Positions 21,035 through 29,460 are shown, counted from the first letter of the stretch. The stretch: 29,460 bases of DNA from Tolypothrix carrinoi HA7290-LM1 (GCA_019358935.1 JAHHIK010000099.1:1-29460); one strand, 5' to 3'. Translations and numbers: made by a program. Notes: generated by a model not told the origin, from the sequence alone.

Positions 21035-21670
21035 TTAGCAATTTTTTATCACTTCTAGCAGTTGACTTGGTTGGTAAATCAAAAAATTAGGATTTTGCTT
21101 GCTTAATACTTCCTGTGAATTGAAACCCCAAGTCACTGCAATCACTTTAATATTTGCTTTTTTGGATGCTTCTATATCTCTGGTTTCATCGCCGACATAA
21201 ATAACTTCTTGAGGTTTTAGTTGTTTTTGTCTTAAGACGTTATTAATTATGGTTGTTTTGCCAAAAATTGTCACTCCGGAGTAGATAAACTCAAATAAAC
21301 TGTCTAAATCGTTTATTTGCAGGAAGTCTCCGACATTATCTTTAGAATTAGAGGTGATAATTCCTAGCCTATTTCCATCATTTTGAAGTTCTATTAATGC
21401 TTCTTTAATTCCGGGAATTGGTTTAAACTCGTGTATTTTATTTTTTAATTCTGATTTAACTTTTTTGACTAAAAAAGGTATCTTGAAAACCGAGATACCT
21501 GAGTACTTAATAATTTCTCTAGAAGTAAAATTCCTCAGAAGCGCAAGTTCCTCCGGAGTAATTTGTATATAACCAAATTCTTGGGCTAAACGATTAGCAA
21601 TACTTACTAGAGCATCTACTGTATCGGCAATTGTGCCATCAAAATCAAAAATAATTACTTTCTGGGTCAT
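21035..21670 (-). CDS. HAD-IA family hydrolase (phosphoglycolate phosphatase-like)
   Basis: Motifs FDFDGT, IITSN and YVGDETRDI. Confidence 0.93.
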   Translation of the reverse strand: MTQKVIIFDFDGTIADTVDALVSIANRLAQEFGYIQITPEELALLRNFTSREIIKYSGISVFKIPFLVKKVKSELKNKIHEFKPIPGIKEALIELQNDGNRLGIITSNSKDNVGDFLQINDLDSLFEFIYSGVTIFGKTTIINNVLRQKQLKPQEVIYVGDETRDIEASKKANIKVIAVTWGFNSQEVLSKQNPNFLIYQPSQLLEVIKNC

Positions 21671-21787
21671 CTGAAGTATAAAATATAAATTCTGAAGAGA
21701 AAAGTATGAAATTATTCATGCTTTCTTGAAGCTAGTATGTGTATATTTTTTCATGCTTTAACCTTTACCTTAGCTTGCTCAAATCCG

Positions 21788-22738
21788 CTATGCATCTAGT
21801 TTGTTGTCTAGATTAGCACGGGCATTTCTTCGTAACATTTCTGGTTTAATTCGCCTGAATGCGGATGCCGGAAATTGTCTATCCCACTCCTCATTTGAGA
21901 TTTTGGCTAATTCTATCAGCTTGGGCGCAAGATTCCCAGAGTAAGGTTGAAACTCTGCCACATCGGTTGTGCGAGCAAAACGCTGATTCCAAGGACAAAC
22001 ATCTTGGCAGATATCGCAACCAGCAACCCAGCCTTGTAAATGAGGTGTAATTGTAAGAGGCAATTTTTCCGCCCGATTTTCAATTGTATGATAAGCTATA
22101 CAACGATTGGCATCTATTACAAACTCCTGAGTAATTGCACCGGTAGGACAAGCGTCAAGACAACGAGTACAAGTACCGCAGTGTTGTGTATGCGGGCGAT
22201 CGCTCTTCAATTCCAGATTGGTCAACACTTCTCCCAAAAATACCCAAGAGCCATATTCCCTAGTTATTACATTACCATTTTTCGCAATCCAGCCAATTCC
22301 GGCTTGTTGTGCCCAGACTTTATCTTGCACTGGTCCTGTGTCTGCATAACTAAGCGCTTGAATACCAACTCCTTGTTCCTGCAACCAGGTAGTCAGCAGC
22401 TTGAGTTTTTTGTGCATGACTTTGTGATAATCTCGTCCCCAGCCATAACGCGACATTTTCGCGTATTCTTCACCTTCGGGACGTTGATGTGGTGTGTAAT
22501 AATTTAGAGCGACACAAATAAGCGATCGCACTTCTGGCATTATTAACCGAATATCCTGACGCTTCTGTGAAGCCATCCATTCCATATCCGCGTGATAACC
22601 CAGTTCTAACCATGCTTGCAATCGCTGCGCGTGTGTAGTATCCAGCTTATCTACAGATGCAATTCCAACTTTGTGAAACCCTAATTCTAAGGCTTTTTCC
22701 TTTACCACACTGCTGCTGGTTGCGGGAAACTGATTCAT
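21788..22738 (-). CDS. queG: tRNA epoxyqueuosine(34) reductase
   Basis: Motifs SRYGWGRDYH, DTGPV, CGTCTRCLDACPTGA and GCDICQDVCPWN. Confidence 0.96.
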   Translation of the reverse strand: MNQFPATSSSVVKEKALELGFHKVGIASVDKLDTTHAQRLQAWLELGYHADMEWMASQKRQDIRLIMPEVRSLICVALNYYTPHQRPEGEEYAKMSRYGWGRDYHKVMHKKLKLLTTWLQEQGVGIQALSYADTGPVQDKVWAQQAGIGWIAKNGNVITREYGSWVFLGEVLTNLELKSDRPHTQHCGTCTRCLDACPTGAITQEFVIDANRCIAYHTIENRAEKLPLTITPHLQGWVAGCDICQDVCPWNQRFARTTDVAEFQPYSGNLAPKLIELAKISNEEWDRQFPASAFRRIKPEMLRRNARANLDNKLDA

Positions 22739-22823
22739 TTTTCTTATCTAAATTTGCCCAGTGAGCGGGATTTCTATTTTACCTGATGCAGTTATCTGAA
22801 GGATGAAGTATGAAGAAGAATGT

Positions 22824-23161
22824 CAGTAGATCACAAAGTTTTTTCAGAAGTGCGATCGCCAACTCTTCAGAAGGCGAACACAAGTACTAAGAGCCATTTA
22901 TTTATAAATAAAACTTATAACTTGCTGTTTGGTTAAGAAAAGATGAAATTATCAGTATTGTAAATAACGTAGTGGCTAACATAAATTGACTTTTTCATTA
23001 AAAACACCAGTTCTGACAGACTCAGAAACCTTAGATGAAGTTATTGATTATTTGATAGAAAACATTTCTATTCAAACCCAAGGAGCTTTTGAGCCAAAAA
23101 GTCTATTTGAAATTTTGATAGCCTGGCGATCGCACTTCTGGAAAAAATTTGTGATCTACTG
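22824..23161 (+). mobile_element. 338-bp MITE: internally deleted ISH3-family element
   Basis: TIRs CAGTAGATCACAAAGTTTTTTCAGAAGTGCGATCGCCA / TGGCGATCGCACTTCTGGAAAAAATTTGTGATCTACTG, and a 5-bp TSD AATGT (22819-22823 and 23162-23166). The internal mini-ORF 22986-23162 resembles an ISH3 transposase N-terminus. Confidence 0.85.
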
Positions 23162-23164
23162 AAT

Positions 23165-23191
23165 GTAGAGACGTAGCAGTGCTACGTCTCT
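23165..23191. repeat. REP-like palindrome (GTAGAGACG family)
   Basis: gtagagacgtagcagtgctacgtctcta. Confidence 0.8.
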
Positions 23192-23230
23192 AAGGGTTTT
23201 GGATAACGCATATTTAAAAAAGAGCGTTAG

Positions 23231-23482
23231 GTACTTCAACACGATATTTAAGTACTTCAACACGATATTTAAGTACTTCAACACGATATTTAAGTACTTC
23301 AACACGATATTCGGGTACTTCAACACGATATTTAAGTACTTCAACACGATATTTAAGTACTTCAACACGATATTTAAGTACTTCAACACGATATTTAAGT
23401 ACTTCAACACGATATTTGGGTACTTCAACACGATATTTGGGTACTTCAACACGATATTTGGGTACTTCAACACGATATTTAA
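23231..23482. repeat. 21-bp tandem array, 12 units
   Basis: Unit GTACTTCAACACGATATT followed by TAA (x8), CGG (x1) or TGG (x3). Confidence 0.96.
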
Positions 23483-23685
23483 AGGCTTAAGAACAAGAAA
23501 TAAAATTTTTTATACTTTGAATTCTAGAGATTCCAAGTGAAATTAGGGAATAAATATCAGATTTCACCGTAAACTTCACTTCAGTTTTGGTGGTTTTTAC
23601 TCAGGGAAAGAGGAATGGCAAATGGCTAAAGTGGAACCACAAGTCTGTACTAATTTCCACACGAGTTTTTGTAGGAGAGGCATTC

Positions 23686-24129
23686 ATGGCACGACTGAAA
23701 CGCAGTTCTATGGTATTGGATAAGGCAACGCTACGGATATCGGGGATGCGATCGATTAGCGAAACGCTTGAGTTTGGCGATGGCTTGAGTTTAGCGGAGT
23801 ATGAAAGGCGGATTCAAACCTTGCAAATGAAGCTATCGAGCTACAACACGATGCTTTCCACGCTGGATGAAGCGGTGGGGCAGATTGAATTGCTAGAGCA
23901 GGAGTTGAGAAGCTACTCGGAAAAAATGTTGATGAGTGTGGCAACGCGCTATGGCAAGAACAGTTTGCAGTATATGCAGGCAGGGGGTAAACCACGCAAG
24001 AGTAGTAAGCGACCCGTGGGGAATACTGTACTGACGACTGCACCAACGACGACGATTGCAGCAGTGATGACACTGAATACAGAGAACGCAACGCCAAATG
24101 TCGAGGGCACGAAGGCGTTGGTAAAATGA
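23686..24129 (+). CDS. Uncharacterised basic/helical protein (YGxxSxxYxxAGG motif)
   Basis: Strong RBS AGGAGAGG before ATG 23686. 147 aa, reading MARLKRSS..., a coiled-coil middle, then RYGKNSLQYMQAGGKPRK. Confidence 0.85.
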   Translation: MARLKRSSMVLDKATLRISGMRSISETLEFGDGLSLAEYERRIQTLQMKLSSYNTMLSTLDEAVGQIELLEQELRSYSEKMLMSVATRYGKNSLQYMQAGGKPRKSSKRPVGNTVLTTAPTTTIAAVMTLNTENATPNVEGTKALVK

Positions 24130-24184
24130 ACTACCTAGGCACTCCGCAAATAAAATCGCTCCGCTCATCTGACCGTAATTACGG

Positions 24185-24862
24185 TCAAGCAATTGAATCA
24201 GGATCTACACCAAGCGCCCTCAACCTTTGGGCTAATATCTCGGCGCGTTGTTGAGCTTGTTTTGCTTGTTCTTCTGGTGTTAACAATCTTTTTCCATGCT
24301 CGTCATACCAATATAACCACTCCCGCGTAATACTTTGATAAGTTCCCGTTTCCATACCAATTCCCAAATTAACCTCTGGTAGCCATACGGGATTGCTATC
24401 TTGTAATTGATATACGCCATCTACTAACTTGTAAACTTCAAAACGTGGCTTGCGGCGGCGAGTGGGATTGTAGACTACATAATACAAAACTCCTAGCTTT
24501 GCATACTCGTCTTTTTTGGTTGTGTACTCTCCACGATAACTTTGAGAAACTACTTCCAGCACAAATATGGGAACTTGCTCTTCTTCCCAAATTGCATAAC
24601 TCAGACGGAGGTTTTCATCAAAAAACCGCTCAACTCCCAAACTCAAAAATCCATCTGGTACTATTGGGGGTAGATTGGGGTCGTAATATACTCCCATATC
24701 AACGCCAAAAAACCAATCCATTCTATCTGCCCAAGCCATAGCTAATATGGCTTCCAGCAAATTTGGCATTAAATGTTGCAGTTGATTATCCACAGGAGTA
24801 TCGTCCGAGTCGGGCAGTTCCTCAGAAGAGGGCAAGCAAGCTAATGGATCGTACTTTAACAT
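24185..24862 (-). CDS. Uma2 family endonuclease-like protein
   Basis: Motifs LPDSDDTPVDN, PIVPDGFLSLG, VLEVVS, YYVVYNP and LRALGVDP. Confidence 0.93.
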   Translation of the reverse strand: MLKYDPLACLPSSEELPDSDDTPVDNQLQHLMPNLLEAILAMAWADRMDWFFGVDMGVYYDPNLPPIVPDGFLSLGVERFFDENLRLSYAIWEEEQVPIFVLEVVSQSYRGEYTTKKDEYAKLGVLYYVVYNPTRRRKPRFEVYKLVDGVYQLQDSNPVWLPEVNLGIGMETGTYQSITREWLYWYDEHGKRLLTPEEQAKQAQQRAEILAQRLRALGVDPDSIA

Positions 24863-25026
24863 GATGGATTTGACAGTTATCTTCTAATTTCAGATCGTAA
24901 ACGTAAGTTTGTGGTTGTTGTCAGATTTGCGGTGCAGCAGTTTCTCTTGTTTTGCCTTTTACCTGACTCCGCAACTGTGGCACAATAAAAAGCGGTAATA
25001 AGAAAAGTATTGATAAGGTAATAAGC

Positions 25027-26142
25027 GTGAGTCCTACAGCTCAAACCACGGCTAGTACGCGTCGGGTAGTGTTTCCGTTTACGGCAATTGTCGGTCAGGA
25101 AGAAATGAAACTGTCGCTGCTGTTAAATGTGATTGACCCGAAAATTGGTGGTGTAATGATTATGGGCGATCGCGGCACCGGCAAATCCACAACCATCCGA
25201 GCGCTGGCTGATTTGTTGCCAGAAATTCCCGTGGTTGCCAATGACCCCTTCAATAGTGACCCCAGCGACCCTGATATCATGAGCGATGAAGTTCGCGCTT
25301 TACTAGAACAAGGAGCAGAAATTCCTGTAGTTCAGAAAAAAGTCATCATGGTAGACTTGCCTCTAGGAGCTACAGAAGACCGGGTTTGCGGTACTATCGA
25401 TATTGAAAAGGCTTTATCTGAAGGTGTAAAAGCCTTTGAACCGGGACTTTTAGCAAAAGCTAACCGGGGTATTCTTTATGTGGATGAAGTCAATTTGCTC
25501 GATGACCACTTGGTAGACGTGCTACTAGATTCTGCCGCTAGCGGGTGGAACACCGTAGAACGTGAAGGTATTTCTATTAGACATCCGGCGCGTTTTGTGC
25601 TAGTAGGTTCGGGAAACCCTGAAGAAGGTGAATTACGTCCTCAATTGCTTGACCGTTTTGGAATGCACGCCGAAATCCACACCGTAAAAGAACCCGCTTT
25701 GCGAGTGGAAATCGTCGAGCAAAGAGCAGAATTTGACCAAAATCCACTAGAATTTGTTGATAAAAACCAAACTAGTCAAGAAGCACTACAAGAGAAAATT
25801 GTCAATGCTCAGAAGCTTTTACCTTCAGTGAAAATTGATTATGACTTGCGGGTGAAGATTTCCGAAGTTTGTTCGCAACTTGATGTAGATGGCTTGCGTG
25901 GTGACATTGTAACCAACCGTGCCGCGAAAGCGATCGCTGCATTTGAAGGACGCACCGAAGTAACAATTGATGATATCCGTCGCGTAATTACTCTATGTCT
26001 GCGTCACCGACTGCGGAAAGACCCTTTAGAATCGATTGATTCTGGCTACAAAGTCGAAAAAACCTTTAGCCGCGTCTTTGGTGTAGAGGTAACAGAAGAT
26101 ACTACACAAGCAAACGGGAGTCAAAAATCAGGAGTTAGGTAG
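25027..26142 (+). CDS. chlI: Magnesium chelatase ATPase subunit I
   Basis: Motifs [33 protein letters not shown] and [17 protein letters not shown]. Confidence 0.97.
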   Translation: MSPTAQTTASTRRVVFPFTAIVGQEEMKLSLLLNVIDPKIGGVMIMGDRGTGKSTTIRALADLLPEIPVVANDPFNSDPSDPDIMSDEVRALLEQGAEIPVVQKKVIMVDLPLGATEDRVCGTIDIEKALSEGVKAFEPGLLAKANRGILYVDEVNLLDDHLVDVLLDSAASGWNTVEREGISIRHPARFVLVGSGNPEEGELRPQLLDRFGMHAEIHTVKEPALRVEIVEQRAEFDQNPLEFVDKNQTSQEALQEKIVNAQKLLPSVKIDYDLRVKISEVCSQLDVDGLRGDIVTNRAAKAIAAFEGRTEVTIDDIRRVITLCLRHRLRKDPLESIDSGYKVEKTFSRVFGVEVTEDTTQANGSQKSGVR

Positions 26143-26218
26143 AGACGTTCCGTCGGAACGTCTGTACGAAAGTTAGGAGTTATTATTTGTCCCCAGTCCC
26201 CAGTCCCCAGTCCCCAGT
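26140..26218. repeat. REP-like palindrome (overlapping the chlI stop) and STRR (CCCCAGT)n
   Basis: gtagagacgttccgtcggaacgtctgtac, then tccccagtccccagtccccagtccccagt. Confidence 0.8.
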
Positions 26219-26252
26219 GATGAGATTTTGGCGTTTTTGGTTTCAGACTTTT

Positions 26253-26516
26253 GTGATATCTAGTCAATACAATCCACCTCGGTTTGTAGAGCTATTGATG
26301 TTGATGCTGGCGATCGCTATGCTAGCAATTGCGACTGTTATACCCGACAGACCTTTTTTGGTACTGGGTTTGAGTTTAGTAGTTGGAGCGTCTATTTCCA
26401 TCTTAGTGCGAGAAGCGATCGCTCCCTCACCCCAAACGCGAATCACTCAAATTACAGCACTGCTATTGCTCATCATCAGCATATATGGCTTTGCCGACAT
26501 CATCAAAACGCTTTAG
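26253..26516 (+). CDS. Small membrane protein (about 3 TM segments)
   Basis: Hydrophobic ORF PPRFVELLMLMLAIAML... Start uncertain (GTG 26253 or ATG 26220). Confidence 0.7.
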   Translation: MISSQYNPPRFVELLMLMLAIAMLAIATVIPDRPFLVLGLSLVVGASISILVREAIAPSPQTRITQITALLLLIISIYGFADIIKTL

Positions 26517-26755
26517 TGGATAGTGGAAGCGTTGATAGTGGATAGTGGGTAGTGGGTAGTTGATAGTGGGTAGTTGTTAGTTGATAGTTGATAGTGGGTA
26601 GTTGTTAGTTGATAGTTGATAGTGGGTAGTCGATAGTCGATAGTCGATAGTCGATAGTCGATAGTCGATAACTGTTGACTGTTAACCGTCAACCAACAAC
26701 TATCAACCAACAACGAACAACGAACAACCAACAACTATCAACCAACAACCAACAA
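26515..26755. repeat. Inverted STRR tracts (GATAGTG/GATAGTC)n and (CAACCAA)n
   Basis: Read directly from the sequence. Confidence 0.85.
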
Positions 26756-27844
26756 TCACCACCCCTGCATTTCCACTAATTCCATACACAATTCGTTAAT
26801 TTCCTCTAAGTCAGGTTTATGTGGCAAAGTTGATTCTTGATAAACACTTTCCATTTTAGCTACTAAATCTTCTGCCATTTTCATTACCTGCTCATAAGAA
26901 TACTCACCATTGAGAATTGCTCTTAAATCTTCCGCATCACCAGCAATTCGTCTATCTACAATCACTTCTCCTGTACGTAATATCTCTACTCCACTACGTA
27001 GCAAGCGAATGCAGTGCATCCCATGTTTGAGGTCAAAACCTGACTTTTTTTCCATTTCAGCTCTAGCGGGATTTCTATTTTCCTGCCAGGATAAGTAAGC
27101 TTTCCATTCTCTTAAAGCAACTTGGTAACTTTGACTTTTTTGAAGCAAGCGAATAAAATCTTTGCGGCTATTTGTTAAGTTTTGTGTATAATCTAAAGTC
27201 TCATCCGGTAAAGTATATTGTTTCAGCACTCCTTTGAAGTCGATATCAGCCGTCAATAACTGATATAATTGTTCGGCTTCTTCTAAAAACTCGATTCTTC
27301 CTCTAATTAAGAGATAAAGATACTCCAAAAAGGCGTTTAACTCATCTTTGCTGAGAGTTGCTTCTTCTTCTATGCCAAAATCAGATGGTAGTGGTTTATT
27401 TTGCGGTGGATGTAACAACCACTTGCGATGACTTTCCATTTTTTTGATTTGAGCAAAAGCGTAACCAGAATAAGTATGCTTGACCTTTTTGCTCAAAAAT
27501 AGCTGTTTGTGGTTAATTAAATGCTGTCCTACGTTCGTTAATACAGGATATTCATTCAACCACAGCAATTCTAAAACGTTGGGATTTGCTCCCGATAGTA
27601 ACTGAATGATTTTTCTTAATTCGTAGATAACGGTGTCTTTGTTTTGATCTAAAAACGGAAAGATTCCTGGTTCATCCCAACCACTATCTTTTTGTTCAAT
27701 GCGGTCAAAGCCTAAATAATATCTTTTGGATGCAATAAATACCCCACGATAATCATAGTCTGAACTCGGACGATTTAAACCATAGCCGTGGCTACCAGCC
27801 AAACCTACAAAAATCGCTCTTTGTTCAACTTCGATTCTTTTCAT
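26756..27844 (-). CDS. DNA polymerase beta superfamily nucleotidyltransferase (RlaP/YcgL-like)
   Basis: GSHGYGL...SDYDYRG signature, plus ANPNVLELL, YSGYA and GFDLKHGMHCIRLL. Confidence 0.85.
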   Translation of the reverse strand: MKRIEVEQRAIFVGLAGSHGYGLNRPSSDYDYRGVFIASKRYYLGFDRIEQKDSGWDEPGIFPFLDQNKDTVIYELRKIIQLLSGANPNVLELLWLNEYPVLTNVGQHLINHKQLFLSKKVKHTYSGYAFAQIKKMESHRKWLLHPPQNKPLPSDFGIEEEATLSKDELNAFLEYLYLLIRGRIEFLEEAEQLYQLLTADIDFKGVLKQYTLPDETLDYTQNLTNSRKDFIRLLQKSQSYQVALREWKAYLSWQENRNPARAEMEKKSGFDLKHGMHCIRLLRSGVEILRTGEVIVDRRIAGDAEDLRAILNGEYSYEQVMKMAEDLVAKMESVYQESTLPHKPDLEEINELCMELVEMQGW

Positions 27845-27860
27845 AGTGACTTAAATAAAT

Positions 27861-27952
27861 AGAACTTAGGCAAAAATTCTCTCTCTTCCTCATTTCTCTG
27901 TGAACTCTGTGTCTCTGTGGTTCGTTTATTCCAACATATGAGCGTAAGTCCT
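27861..27952. mobile_element. Short MITE-like element with AGGACTTACGC-type ends
   Basis: agaacttaggca ... gcgtaagtcct around a (CTCTGTG)-repeat core. Confidence 0.5.
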
Positions 27953-28129
27953 GTAAAATACAGCCATCCTAACTCATGAGTTTTCAGAGTGGGATAAAAA
28001 AACTGAGCAACGGTTAATGCTGCTCAGAATTTATGGTGTTGTTCTGTGTCTTTAATAGCTACACACTCAAAAATGAAGATTTCGGCAAGCAAGTTAAATT
28101 AATAGAGATTTGCTCTGTTGAAATTTTTC

Positions 28130-28158
28130 TTGACTTAACTATAGTGTATAGATATAAT
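28130..28158 (+). promoter_or_regulatory. Sigma70-type promoter of rplU-rpmA
   Basis: TTGACT (28130-28135), 17-bp spacer, TATAAT (28153-28158). Confidence 0.8.
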
Positions 28159-28290
28159 GATAAATTGGCTGTCTAATTCCTGCTCGGATCAGGTAGATAT
28201 ACAGCAAAAGCTGGATTCATGCGGTTTATCGCTACTCCACAAGAGATGAAAGCCAGCTACCTGTACGGCATCTTCAAGGATAATTATTCC

Positions 28291-28692
28291 ATGACTTACG
28301 CAATCATTGAAACTGGCGGCAAGCAACTAAGAGTTGAACCAGGTCGCTTTTACGATATTGAACTACTTCATCTCGAAGCGGAAGAGAAAGTTACTATAGA
28401 TGCAGTGTTGCTAGTGCAGCACGATGGTGAAGTTACTATTGGACAGCCGTTAGTGACGGGGGCAACTGTAGAAGGAACAGTGGTGCGAAATTTTCGCGAT
28501 CGCAAAGTTCTAGTCTACAAGATGAAGCCGAAAAAGAAAACCCGCAAAAAGCGCGGACATCGGCAAGAAGTCACTAGGCTGATGATTGATTCTATCAACT
28601 TGAACGGTTCGGTATTTACTGCTCCAGTTGCTGCAACCGCTGAAACTCAAGAAGAAGAAGCAACACCGGTTGAAGCAACTGTTGTTGAATAA
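28291..28692 (+). CDS. rplU: 50S ribosomal protein L21
   Basis: [15 protein letters not shown] and [20 protein letters not shown] upstream. Confidence 0.97.
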   Translation: MTYAIIETGGKQLRVEPGRFYDIELLHLEAEEKVTIDAVLLVQHDGEVTIGQPLVTGATVEGTVVRNFRDRKVLVYKMKPKKKTRKKRGHRQEVTRLMIDSINLNGSVFTAPVAATAETQEEEATPVEATVVE

Positions 28693-28700
28693 TATATAAG

Positions 28701-28821
28701 GGAATTGGGCATTGGGCATTGGGCATTGGGCATTGGGCATTGGGCATTGGTAATTCGGAAAGCGTTTTTTCCATTCCCCATTCCCCATTACCCATTACCC
28801 ATTCCCCATTCCCCATTCCCC
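28701..28821. repeat. STRR tracts (GGGCATT)n / (CCCCATT)n between rplU and rpmA
   Basis: Read directly from the sequence. Confidence 0.9.
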
Positions 28822-28839
28822 ACTACAAAAGAGGAAATT

Positions 28840-29106
28840 ATGGCTCATAAGAAAGGAACAGGTAGTACACGTAACGGACGTGACTCTAATGCTCAACGTC
28901 TAGGTGTAAAGCGTTTCGGTAGTGAAACTGTCCGGGCTGGTAACATTCTAGTACGTCAGCGCGGCAGGAAATTTCACCCAGGTAACAACGTTGGTATCGG
29001 TAGCGATGACACTTTGTTTGCTTTAATTGATGGCGTGGTAACGTTTGAGAGAAAGGGCAAAACCCGCAAAAAAGTCAGCGTTTACGCAGCTGCTGAAGCT
29101 AGTTAA
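28840..29106 (+). CDS. rpmA: 50S ribosomal protein L27
   Basis: [31 protein letters not shown] upstream. Confidence 0.98.
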   Translation: MAHKKGTGSTRNGRDSNAQRLGVKRFGSETVRAGNILVRQRGRKFHPGNNVGIGSDDTLFALIDGVVTFERKGKTRKKVSVYAAAEAS

Positions 29107-29114
29107 GGTTAATA

Positions 29115-29147
29115 TTCGTAGTGAGCGCTGTACTCGCTCATTACGAA
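29115..29147. terminator. GTAG-type hairpin after rpmA (REP-like, possibly a terminator)
   Basis: ttcgtagtgagcg...cgctcattacgaa. Confidence 0.55.
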
Positions 29148-29335
29148 AAGCTCATCAATTGTTTGTCTAAGTTGATGAGATAATCTTTTCCATAAGAATT
29201 ATTTTCCAAATTGGCGATGAGATGATCTGGCAAGTCTTGGCTAATTTCTTCGCTACATGAACCCGCTGCAAGTGCGATGTCTAGCGACAAGCTGCTTCGC
29301 ATCTACGCTCCCACTGTATCTACATCTCCTGTAAA
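29141..29335 (-). pseudogene. C-terminal remnant of an ADP-ribosylglycohydrolase family gene
   Basis: FTGDVDTVGA[27-nt insert starting TAG]IALAAGSCSEEISQDLPDHLIANLENNSYGKDYLINLDKQLMSFS*, containing the GDxDT motif. Confidence 0.7.
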
Positions 29336-29460
29336 GGGGAGTAATCTAAACGCCATAGACCGTAACAAGTCGTAGCAATACGGACTCCCCCAGACCACTC
29401 CTTAAGCAAGAGTAGCTGTTATCTCTAAGCGTTAAAGTTCGTACCTTGGGGTGTCGAGCA
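29336..29460 (+). ncRNA. Probable 5' part of a HEARO/omega RNA of an IscB/IsrB-type (IS200/IS605 superfamily) element, truncated by the window edge
   Basis: Terminal stem GGGGAGT...ACTCCCC followed by CAGAC, then GTAGCTGTT and GTTAAAGTTCGTACCTTGGGGTG. It starts exactly where the hydrolase frame breaks. Confidence 0.55.

Noticed and set aside
23231..23482. CRISPR array
   Set aside because: Units are contiguous 21-mers with only a 3-nt variable slot. There are no unique spacers and no cas genes in the window.
23587..23685. TTG-start extension of the array-adjacent gene
   Set aside because: The strong RBS AGGAGAGG precedes ATG 23686.
28219..28290. N-terminal extension of L21
   Set aside because: The canonical MTYAII start at 28291 has an RBS, and the upstream part is the structured leader.
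28705..28839. N-terminally extended L27
   Set aside because: The extension is translated STRR DNA. The true start is ATG 28840 with a GAGG RBS.
29303..29305. Stop-codon readthrough in the hydrolase
   Set aside because: The TAG belongs to the HIP1 insert, and the gene is independently broken at 29335.

Overview
Chromosomal window from a filamentous cyanobacterium, most likely Nostocales. The basis is dense HIP1 GCGATCGC sites, heptameric STRR tracts, and chlI, hli and HCP genes. The backbone is housekeeping: ftsH3, a class IV aminotransferase, a fasciclin lipoprotein, sigA, hli, a GyrA/ParC-type subunit, a single-domain response regulator, a TPR protein, a MacAB-type ABC exporter, an HCP, a HAD hydrolase, queG, chlI, a Pol-beta-family nucleotidyltransferase and rplU-rpmA, plus two Uma2 genes. 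The intergenic DNA is rich in small mobile or repeat elements. The most interesting items are: (1) a spacer-less array of 12 x 21 bp directly upstream of an uncharacterised basic, helical 147-aa gene, and a second 12 x 21 bp array without such a gene inside the ABC operon, each beside a GTAG REP-like hairpin; (2) a 338-bp ISH3-derived MITE with about 38-bp TIRs and a 5-bp TSD; (3) at the right edge, an ADP-ribosylglycohydrolase remnant hit by a 27-bp HIP1 insert and by what looks like the 5' end of an IscB/HEARO (omega RNA) element; (4) reciprocally nested SDR elements; (5) an MHYT pseudogene apparently deleted at a HIP1 site. All family assignments come from recognising motifs by eye; no database searches were run.
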